59,861 nt of DNA from Candidatus Giovannonibacteria bacterium (GCA_030699445.1 JAUYMO010000023.1:1-59861); one strand, 5' to 3'. Positions 17,987 through 24,591 are shown, numbered from the stretch's first letter. The notes: generated by a model not told the origin, from the letters alone. Made by a program: numbers and translations.

Positions 17987-18013
17987 AGCCCTATTATACC
18001 ACCTAAAAATAAA

Positions 18014-18039
18014 CCCCCCGCATGCGGGGGTTTTTTGTT
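18014..18039. terminator. GC hairpin flanked by A-run and T-run
   Basis: CCCCCGCATGCGGGGG with flanking runs, between tRNA-Pro and the DUF155 gene. Confidence 0.55.
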
Positions 18040-18171
18040 CGGCTTTTTCCTTTTTTTCTTTTTTCTCTTTTTTTCTTTTTTCTTGCTTTTAAGTTTGCAA
18101 TTCGTATAGTTATTCATAAAAGCCTCCCTCCTGTTAAAGAGATAGCATGACAATATATAAAAAACAACTTG

Positions 18172-18242
18172 TCGGGCTGCTGGGAATCGAACCCAGTCTC
18201 TCTGCTCCCAAAGCAGATGTACTGCCACCATACTCCAGCCCG
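18172..18242 (-). tRNA. tRNA-Pro (anticodon TGG)
   Basis: Acceptor CGGGCTG / CAGCCCG, anticodon loop TTTGGGA, T-loop TTCGATT. No encoded CCA. Confidence 0.88.
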
Positions 18243-18266
18243 CCTTCGGCGGGTAAACCCACTTCT

Positions 18267-18328
18267 ACAAATTCACGTTCTCAAGCATCCTAATCCTAGC
18301 TTTTTTGCGCGGAAAATCAAGGTAAATT
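18267..18328 (-). repeat. 62-bp remnant copy of the yraN 3' end
   Basis: 56/62 identical to 19602-19663. On the minus strand it still reads LDFPRKKARIRMLENVNL-stop but is preceded by a stop codon. Confidence 0.8.
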
Positions 18329-19073
18329 ATTTATCGAGCGAATTCCACATAAGTTCAAAGGCCGCTCGTTGCATTTGATTAATCTCTTTGCTTTCAATAA
18401 TTACGCCCATAAAATTTTCGCGATAAGATATAATTGCGATTTTATTCGCATAGATTTCCATATCTGCATTAAATTGAAATGGCGAATCTTTCACAATACG
18501 AATTTCTCGCAAATCTTGAACGGCTGTATTTTTCCAAGATCGAGCGGCTGGAGAATTGGAGGCAATGATGCGAATGCGAATTTTTCTTCTAACTCTTTCT
18601 TGTATGTAATAATCGGCATATTCTTGAGGCACCAGTTTTGAAAAATCAGAAAGTCCCGTATAACTAAAAATGATGTCGCCTTCTTTACAACTTTCAAGCG
18701 TATCCTCATAAAGATTTTTCATGCCCCCTACGCCCTCATAAAATGTAATGCGAGGCTTTAATGGAATAATATTTTGAATCGCGAGAAGCTCCGGCATCAA
18801 CTTATCAATAACATTTTCTTTTTCCTTTATACCGTTCTTCAGTGAGCGTGGGTCTTCCACAAAATAAACTTTTCGCTTTTTCTTGACGGTAGAAGTAACG
18901 ATGCCGCGGTTAATAAAATCCGGAAGGATATTATATACCGTCGTCCGTTTAATGCCGGCCTTTTTGGCAAGTTGCACAACAGACGCCTCGCCGAGCTCTA
19001 AAAGAGCTAAGTAAATCCGGGCCTCTTTCGGCTTTAGTCCAACATATTCAAGAGATTTTTCTATATTTGCCAT
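18327..19073 (-). CDS. TrmB-family transcriptional regulator
   Basis: N-terminal winged-helix motif LKPKEARIYLALLELGEASVVQLAKKAGIKRTTVYNIL. Confidence 0.7.
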   Translation of the reverse strand: MANIEKSLEYVGLKPKEARIYLALLELGEASVVQLAKKAGIKRTTVYNILPDFINRGIVTSTVKKKRKVYFVEDPRSLKNGIKEKENVIDKLMPELLAIQNIIPLKPRITFYEGVGGMKNLYEDTLESCKEGDIIFSYTGLSDFSKLVPQEYADYYIQERVRRKIRIRIIASNSPAARSWKNTAVQDLREIRIVKDSPFQFNADMEIYANKIAIISYRENFMGVIIESKEINQMQRAAFELMWNSLDK

Positions 19074-19177
19074 ACTATGTCTACTATTTTAGACATACTT
19101 TTATTATATCAAAAACCTTTAATATAAAGCAAATTTTAGATATATAGCTTAAAATGGCACTTTATTGTCTACATATA

Positions 19178-19206
19178 TTGACATCATTTCAATATTAGGA
19201 TATAAT
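19178..19206 (+). promoter_or_regulatory. consensus sigma-70 promoter (TTGACA-17-TATAAT)
   Basis: Exact consensus hexamers with a 17-nt spacer. It drives the 19282 ORF. The palindrome TATGTCTA-N6-TAGACATA at 19076-19097 is a likely TrmB-type operator. Confidence 0.65.
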
Positions 19207-19281
19207 GTGAGTAGAAAGTAAAGATAGCTCATTAAGATTAACGTAGGCCTAAAAAGCCGAATAACAACAAGGAGGAGAATA

Positions 19282-19494
19282 ATGCCTAGATATTTTGTTT
19301 CTGGGATATATGGCTGGGATTCTGTTTCCATGAGAGACTCATCTTTCGTAGAGGACGTCGAAATCGAGAAATCGATAAGCCGTAGAGAAGATCTGAAAAA
19401 AGTTGAAGAGTTTCTTAGAGATCTGTTTGAATCAAGGGATGGCAAGTCCGCTGGGTTTATCGAAATTCGTTCATTTAGTCTTTATATAACCTGA
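19282..19494 (+). CDS. hypothetical protein (70 aa), orphan
   Basis: aaggaggag SD, a consensus promoter and a downstream hairpin. No family recognised. Confidence 0.45.
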   Translation: MPRYFVSGIYGWDSVSMRDSSFVEDVEIEKSISRREDLKKVEEFLRDLFESRDGKSAGFIEIRSFSLYIT

Positions 19495-19599
19495 CATCAA
19501 AAGAAAGTGCCAGCCACACTTTCATTAATAAGGCAGGACGAGACCGCAGCGCAAAAACAAAAGCCCCGCGATGGAAACATCAACGGGCTTTTTTCTTTT

Positions 19600-19974
19600 T
19601 CACAAATTCACATTTTCCAGCATCCTAATCCTAGCTTTTTTACGCGTAAAATCAAGGAAAATTGCTACCACATCAATTTCAAAATCTTTGTCGTCCGCGA
19701 TTTTTCGTTCCGCGAGATAAGTTCTTATCGCTCGGGATAACCGCTGTTTTTTCCACGCCCGCACCGCATCCTCCGGCCGAAAGTTCGGATTGGAAATCGC
19801 TTTCACCTCCACAAAATGTAAAATCCCCTCTTTTTCTGCAATAATATCCAACTCGCCCCATTTTTTGCGGTAATTTCTTTCAACAATCTTAAATCCCCTC
19901 TTTTCCAAAAATCTGCACGCCAAGCCCTCCCCGATATTCCCGACTTTTTGCTTTTGCGTAATTTTCTTTGCCAT
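19600..19974 (-). CDS. yraN: YraN family endonuclease (UPF0102)
   Basis: GEGLACRFLEKRGFKIVERNYR..GELDIIA...HFVEVK is typical of UPF0102. Confidence 0.8.
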   Translation of the reverse strand: MAKKITQKQKVGNIGEGLACRFLEKRGFKIVERNYRKKWGELDIIAEKEGILHFVEVKAISNPNFRPEDAVRAWKKQRLSRAIRTYLAERKIADDKDFEIDVVAIFLDFTRKKARIRMLENVNL

Positions 19975-20027
19975 TTTGACAATTTTATAACAATTAGGTA
20001 GCGTATGCCATAGAAAGGACAGACAAA

Positions 20028-20303
20028 ATGCTTAATAAACTTGAAAAAATGACGCGAAAATTGTTTTGTCTTTGCTTCGCCAGCACTTTTGTATCCTTTG
20101 CTTTGGGTTTTATTTTAATAGACCAAATAGCATCCCTATATTTTGCCGAGTTGAACCCGTTACCGCGTTTTTTGCTTAATTTTTCCCTAACATCCGCCTT
20201 AAGCGTTGGTATTATGGAAGTAATTTTTGGGCGCATCATAGACCCAATAGCCACGGAAATAGTGGAGATGGAAGAACTGTTGGAAAAAGAAAGCAAAACT
20301 TAA
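20028..20303 (+). CDS. hypothetical membrane protein (91 aa)
   Basis: Two hydrophobic helices and an acidic tail. A terminator lies at 20306-20331. Confidence 0.4.
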   Translation: MLNKLEKMTRKLFCLCFASTFVSFALGFILIDQIASLYFAELNPLPRFLLNFSLTSALSVGIMEVIFGRIIDPIATEIVEMEELLEKESKT

Positions 20304-20305
20304 AA

Positions 20306-20331
20306 ACCAGCACCCCCGCTGGTCTTTTTTT
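20306..20331. terminator. hairpin terminator
   Basis: ACCAGC-loop-GCTGGT followed by a T-run, between two convergent genes. Confidence 0.6.
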
Positions 20332-20470
20332 ATAAAATATCCAAAATCTTTTCACGGAGACCATCAAATCCGCGACAGGACATTATGACGATGACATCGC
20401 CAGATCTCGCCTCCCGTTTCACATGAAACAGAAACCGTATGTTTCCCGTGAAACACTTCGTCTTACCTAA
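20330..20470 (-). pseudogene. mpl: C-terminal segment of the mpl-like ligase, in the +1 frame
   Basis: It translates to ...ARSGDVIVIMSCRGFDGLREKILDIL, matching the Mpl C-terminus (GD.ILVMSNGGFGGI..KLLD.L in E. coli Mpl as I recall it). The frame differs from 20463-21623. Confidence 0.6.
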
Positions 20471-21623
20471 GCGAGCCGGTTTTATACGGCTTATAAAGAT
20501 AAACAATGTCGGCATGCCGAAACGCCTTGATGTATTGTTTCTCAAAGATACGGTGCTTGGACGAGGCAGAACCCGGCTCAAACATAAGAAATAGTCGTCG
20601 CCGCGCTTTCACGCCTTTTGCGTGAAACTTTGTTTTAAGCATAATTAATGTTTCACGGACGGCAGTAGGATGGTGAGCATAGTCGTCAATCACGGTTATC
20701 CCATTTTTCTCACCAATAATCTCGGACCGCCTTTTCACTCCTTTAAAGCTGGCTATGGCTTTTTTGATTGTTTCATGTGAAACGCCAACGAATCTTGCTA
20801 CGGCAATAGCCGCTTGAGTATTTTTGGCCATATAGTCGCCGTGTTTAAGCCCAAACAGTTTCATGCCTGCCCGCCGAAGCTTTAGCGTAGGCGGGTGAAA
20901 CTTATTCACCAATTCCATCACATTTTTGTCATAGCGGTTGGCAACTAAAAGGCCGTTATTCGGTATCAGATTTATGAAACGCGCGAAAGCGTATTTATAG
21001 GCCTCGAGATCCTTATATATATCCACGTGGTCGAGCTCAATGTTGTTTACCACCCCTATAAATGGGCGATAATGCCAAAACTTAGGACTTTTATCAAAAA
21101 AAGCCGTGTCATATTCATCGCCCTCTAAAACAATGTATTCGCCCTTGCCGAGTTTAAAAGTGCCATTAAAGTTTCCCGTGAACCCGCCGACAAACACGGT
21201 TGGGTCCAAACCGGCGCATTCCAAAATCCAGGCGATTAGTGCGGTGGTAGTCGTTTTGCCATGCGTGCCGGAAATTACAATGGCTTTCTTTCCAAAAATA
21301 AACTCATCTAAAAGTATATCGGACATTGACCGATATCCGCCAACTGGCGGATGTCCGTTAGAAAGCACGTGCTCCAATTCCGGATTGCCCCGGCCAATAG
21401 TATTACCAACAATTACCACATCCGGCTTCCAATGTTTCATGTGAAACGCCGAATATGGCGTGAAAACCTTGATTTTCAATTTTTCCAGCATACTTTTCAT
21501 CGGCTCATACATTTCCTGGTCCGAGCCGGCAACTTCGTAGCCCTTCCTTTTTAAAAGCCCCGCCAAGCTTGCCATTGCCACTCCGGCAATGCCGATTAAA
21601 TAGTAACGTTTCCCCTTTATCAT
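20463..21623 (-). CDS. mpl: Mur ligase family, UDP-N-acetylmuramate:tripeptide ligase (Mpl)-like, ends prematurely
   Basis: GIAGVAMASLAGLL, GNTIGRGNPE, GTHGKTTTTA, EGDEYDTAFFDKSPKFWHY and NNIELDHVDIY. The stop follows ...CUU AGG UAA and the reading continues in the +1 frame. Confidence 0.8.
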   Translation of the reverse strand: MIKGKRYYLIGIAGVAMASLAGLLKRKGYEVAGSDQEMYEPMKSMLEKLKIKVFTPYSAFHMKHWKPDVVIVGNTIGRGNPELEHVLSNGHPPVGGYRSMSDILLDEFIFGKKAIVISGTHGKTTTTALIAWILECAGLDPTVFVGGFTGNFNGTFKLGKGEYIVLEGDEYDTAFFDKSPKFWHYRPFIGVVNNIELDHVDIYKDLEAYKYAFARFINLIPNNGLLVANRYDKNVMELVNKFHPPTLKLRRAGMKLFGLKHGDYMAKNTQAAIAVARFVGVSHETIKKAIASFKGVKRRSEIIGEKNGITVIDDYAHHPTAVRETLIMLKTKFHAKGVKARRRLFLMFEPGSASSKHRIFEKQYIKAFRHADIVYLYKPYKTGSLR

Positions 21624-21663
21624 TAATTAATAATAGGGGAAAATTTTAGAAAATTAAAAATCC

Positions 21664-22215
21664 CTAAAAGCTGGGACGCAGGATAAGCTCGCTGGGAATA
21701 TCCGGGTTAAAAGTAAATCCTCCTTGAGAAGTAATATTAAAATCGCCTCCAATTTTTAAGCTCAAAACCTCAATTCCTTTCCCATTATTTACAAGCATTT
21801 TGCTGTTATTTCCAAATTTAAGGACAAAATGTTGCTCTAAAATCGGGCTTAAAACCAGTTCGGCTACTGTGCCCTTGCCGTTAAAACCAGGGCTTGGCAA
21901 ACCGCAAGCGATATGAACAGTCCCAAGCTGGCTATCTATTTTTTTTGCAACAAACATGTCCTTTCTGCAAAAAGATTTCTCAATAATGATCTCTTTAACT
22001 TGGACCACGTTGGGGTCGTATTTAACTGTGGCTTCCAGGGCGTTGATAGGAACGCCAACCGTCGCTGCCATAAGCGCGACTTTTAAATCGTGATTGTCTC
22101 CAAAAAAGGCCTCGGTTTGGCTAAAACTGAAGTTTGCATAGGGTAAACTATCCAATTCAAAAGCCCGAACTGGTGTAGTTATTAAAAAATAAATTAAAAA
22201 CACAATCGCGAACAT
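21664..22215 (-). CDS. secreted cohesin-domain-like protein
   Basis: Signal peptide. The pattern INALEATVKYDPNVVQV...GLPSPGFNGKGTVAELV...LVNNGKGIEVL resembles cohesin-like domains common in CPR proteins, judged from memory. Confidence 0.5.
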   Translation of the reverse strand: MFAIVFLIYFLITTPVRAFELDSLPYANFSFSQTEAFFGDNHDLKVALMAATVGVPINALEATVKYDPNVVQVKEIIIEKSFCRKDMFVAKKIDSQLGTVHIACGLPSPGFNGKGTVAELVLSPILEQHFVLKFGNNSKMLVNNGKGIEVLSLKIGGDFNITSQGGFTFNPDIPSELILRPSF

Positions 22216-22302
22216 CCTGCGAATCTAGCACATCAAAGAAAATAAGTCAAGTGCAAAAATTGTGCCAAAGCTGTATAAAAGCTGTGCCTAAAAAATCCGT
22301 TT

Positions 22303-22373
22303 TGGACCCAGGGAGAATCGAACTCCCGCCTGCGCAATGCGAATGCGCCGTTATACCACTTAACTATGGGCCC
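22303..22373 (-). tRNA. tRNA-Ala (anticodon CGC)
   Basis: Acceptor GGGCCCA / TGGGTCC with the G3:U70 pair, anticodon loop TTCGCAT, T-loop TTCGATT. Confidence 0.88.
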
Positions 22374-22386
22374 TTACAAAGTCCTG

Positions 22387-22566
22387 TCGGGGTGTCCCGC
22401 TAAGCGGGATCTTCGCGCACCCTTGCCCCGTTAGAAAATTTACTTTCGGAGAGCCGAGAATCGAACTCGGGCCTTACGCACCCGAAACGTATGTACTACC
22501 ACTATACTACTCTCCGATGATTTTCTAACGGGGCGAACGCGCGTACTGCCGGTATACTACACCCCG
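22387..22566 (-). pseudogene. tRNA-Pro-like gene split in its anticodon loop by an insert that contains tRNA-Pro(CGG)
   Basis: 5' half is CGGGGTG-TA-GTAT-ACCGGCA-GTAC-G-CGCGT-TCG. 3' half is GGGT-GCGCG-AAGA-TCCCGC-TTA-GCGGGA-CACCCCG-A. Acceptor and anticodon stems pair, but the T-loop is only 3 nt. Confidence 0.5.
22446..22516 (-). tRNA. tRNA-Pro (anticodon CGG)
   Basis: Acceptor CGGAGAG / CTCTCCG, anticodon loop TTCGGGT, T-loop TTCGATT. It is flanked by the 14-bp inverted repeat CCCCGTTAGAAAAT / ATTTTCTAACGGGG. Confidence 0.88.
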
Positions 22567-22600
22567 ATTATCCCGACGCTGCGGTCGGGATTCGCTTCAC

Positions 22601-24082
22601 TCATTTAACATAATGCTTCTTTTTTATTTTTAAAACTTCTTCTTCTTCCAACCCTAATTGTTTTTTGCGGCCGGCTTCGGCGAGTTTTTTAAGCTCCGCG
22701 TCGGAAAGTTTGTTTAATTCTAAAACGCGCGTTTCCAGATATTCAGGCGTGTTTTTTTGCGGGTCTTCCAGCACCTCGTCAAAAATGGCGTTAAGCAAAA
22801 AACCTATGCGCATGCCCTGAGGAAGCCCCGCGAGCTCTTTTATTTTGTCGCCGTTTAACTTCATCATCTTAAGAGAAACCGGGTCTCTTTGCAATTTTTC
22901 CACCAAAAAACGGAAATGGCGCAATTTGTAGGGCTCGGCTTTGGGCACGCCCGAACCGATGCGGTCGCAGATGCGCACGCGGATTAAATCTTCCATATCC
23001 TCCGGCCCAACGCGCGAAATTAGGCGCCTGACTGATGATTCCGAAACTTCGTCAACGTTATAATAAAATAAGTGATAGCGCACGAGCTTTGTAACTTTTT
23101 CCGCGAAATCATTTCCGTATTTCAAGCGCGACAAAACTATCGCGGACATTCTGGCGCCGATTACTTCGTGGTTATAAAAAGTGGAATTGGGCCCGTCGCC
23201 CATTTTGGCGCGCGGTTTGCCGATGTCGTGAAATAGCGCGGACATTCTGACAACCAACGGCCATTTTTCTTTTGCCGCGTGGTCTAAAGCGCGCGAATTA
23301 TGCTCCCAGACGGTATAAATATGGTGCTTATTTTGGCCGATGCCGTAGCCCTCTTCAATTTCCGGTAAAAAAAGTTTTAAAATTCCTGCTTCGCGGAGCG
23401 CCTCAAGCCCCTCCGATGGCTTAGCCGACATGATGATTTTAGAAAATTCATCGCGGATGCGCTCCTTTGCTATCATTTTGAGCAAATTCGCCTTATTTTT
23501 CAACGCTTTTTCAGTTTTTGCTTCAATCGCAAATCCCAGCTCCGCGGAAAATCTTACGGCGCGCATTATGCGGAGGGCGTCTTCGGCGAATCTCTCTTCG
23601 GGATCGCCAACCGCGCGGATTATTTTTTTATCAAAATCTTTTTTACATTTGAAAGTATAATTTATTTGGAATTCGGACTTCCTAAGGAAGTCCGACTTCC
23701 TTAAATTCAATGCCATCGCATTTACCGTAAAATCCCTCCGCGCCAAGTCATCTTCCAATTTATCCGCGAATTTTATCTCGTCCGGGTGGCGCTTGTCTGA
23801 ATATTTTCCTTCTAAGCGGTACGGCGTGATTTCTATGGCGCGAAGTTTTGGATCTTCGGAGCCCGTAACAACGCTTACCGTCCCAAATTTATTTTCATAA
23901 AAACTTTTCGGGAAGAGCTCCTGTATTTTTTCCGGGCGGGCATTGGTTGTGATATCCCAATCCTGCGGAATTCTGCCAATTAAAAGATCGCGAACGCATC
24001 CACCGACAAGATACGCTTCAAATCCGGCGCCCTCTAAAATAGCGACAGCCGCTCTTATTTCTTTTGGAATAGTGAAATTCAT
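22601..24082 (-). CDS. cca: CCA-adding tRNA nucleotidyltransferase with HD domain
   Basis: GGCVRDLLIGR, DWDITT, RDFTVNAMA, ED.LRIMRAVRF and an HD domain (LFHDIGKP). It carries a palindromic element at 23674-23704. Confidence 0.9.
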   Translation of the reverse strand: MNFTIPKEIRAAVAILEGAGFEAYLVGGCVRDLLIGRIPQDWDITTNARPEKIQELFPKSFYENKFGTVSVVTGSEDPKLRAIEITPYRLEGKYSDKRHPDEIKFADKLEDDLARRDFTVNAMALNLRKSDFLRKSEFQINYTFKCKKDFDKKIIRAVGDPEERFAEDALRIMRAVRFSAELGFAIEAKTEKALKNKANLLKMIAKERIRDEFSKIIMSAKPSEGLEALREAGILKLFLPEIEEGYGIGQNKHHIYTVWEHNSRALDHAAKEKWPLVVRMSALFHDIGKPRAKMGDGPNSTFYNHEVIGARMSAIVLSRLKYGNDFAEKVTKLVRYHLFYYNVDEVSESSVRRLISRVGPEDMEDLIRVRICDRIGSGVPKAEPYKLRHFRFLVEKLQRDPVSLKMMKLNGDKIKELAGLPQGMRIGFLLNAIFDEVLEDPQKNTPEYLETRVLELNKLSDAELKKLAEAGRKKQLGLEEEEVLKIKKKHYVK

Positions 24083-24091
24083 AATTTTTTA

Positions 24092-24163
24092 CGCCCTCGC
24101 CAGGATTTGAACCTGGAATACATGGTCCGAGGCCATGCGTGATATCCGTTTCACCACGAGGGC
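24092..24163 (-). tRNA. tRNA-Arg (anticodon TCG), with C at position 33
   Basis: Acceptor GCCCTCG / CGAGGGC, D-loop with A20, anticodon stem CATGG / CCATG, loop CCTCGGA, T-loop TTCAAAT. Confidence 0.75.
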
Positions 24164-24195
24164 ATTTAAGCCCAATTTAGCATGTTTTTGGGCAC

Positions 24196-24224
24196 TTGAC
24201 AAGCGCCTTAGAAAGGAGTATAAT
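24196..24224 (+). promoter_or_regulatory. consensus sigma-70 promoter (TTGACA-17-TATAAT)
   Basis: Exact consensus hexamers with a 17-nt spacer. Confidence 0.65.
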
Positions 24225-24298
24225 GGGGACAGGAACGGTAGAAAAAATAAAATAGTGTCAGTAAAAATAATAGCCCAAATTTGGGCGGAGGAGAATTT

Positions 24299-24439
24299 AT
24301 GGATGGACTATTGGTGGTAGGATTTCTTGGCCTCGGTTCTGTACTAATTGGCATGGCAACGAACGGTCTCATCGGCGCCGGAGTTTTCTTCATAGGGCTT
24401 GCCGTATGTTTGACCATCGAACTAAACTCACCGAAGTAA
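24299..24439 (+). CDS. 46-aa small membrane protein, orphan
   Basis: ggaggag SD. MDGLLVVGFLGLGSVLIGMATNGLIGAGVFFIGLAVCLTIELNSPK. Below the ORF-track cutoff. Confidence 0.35.
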   Translation: MDGLLVVGFLGLGSVLIGMATNGLIGAGVFFIGLAVCLTIELNSPK

Positions 24440-24490
24440 ACTAGAGCATTTCTCACTCCCACACCTCAAAGGCCTAAAAACGGGCCGAGA

Positions 24491-24520
24491 CCCACCGTCC
24501 GCACGGTGGGTTTTCGTTTT
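24491..24520 (+). terminator. rho-independent terminator
   Basis: CCCACCGT-CCGC-ACGGTGGG followed by a T-rich run. Confidence 0.65.
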
Positions 24521-24543
24521 TTTACGCAACGCCGAAATGACTT

Positions 24544-24560
24544 GACGAGATGCGACCTCG
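24544..24560 (+). repeat. hairpin GACGAGATGCGACCTCG, copy A' (32 nt upstream of RAYT-like paralog 2)
   Basis: Identical 17-mer at 24748-24764. An inverted, 1-mismatch copy lies at 25271-25289. Confidence 0.7.
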
Positions 24561-24591
24561 ACATGGCTAGGAAACAGCGTATTATGGACAT

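Noticed and set aside
17932-18231. Lys-rich minus-strand ORF (MNNYTNCKLKSKKKEKKRKKKKRKK...) with a strong GGAGGGAGG SD, over a 50-nt polypyrimidine tract (18047-18098)
   Set aside because: The reading frame runs through the terminator-like hairpin at 18014-18039 and into the DUF155 gene in another frame. The Lys run simply mirrors the CT-rich tract. I keep it as a low-complexity tract rather than a gene, although a short leader peptide cannot be excluded.
20416-21447. GTTTC...GAAAC motifs reminiscent of CRISPR repeat ends
   Set aside because: The spacing is irregular, the units are only 14 bp, and they lie inside a conserved Mur-ligase reading frame. There are no repeat-spacer periodicity and no cas genes in the window.
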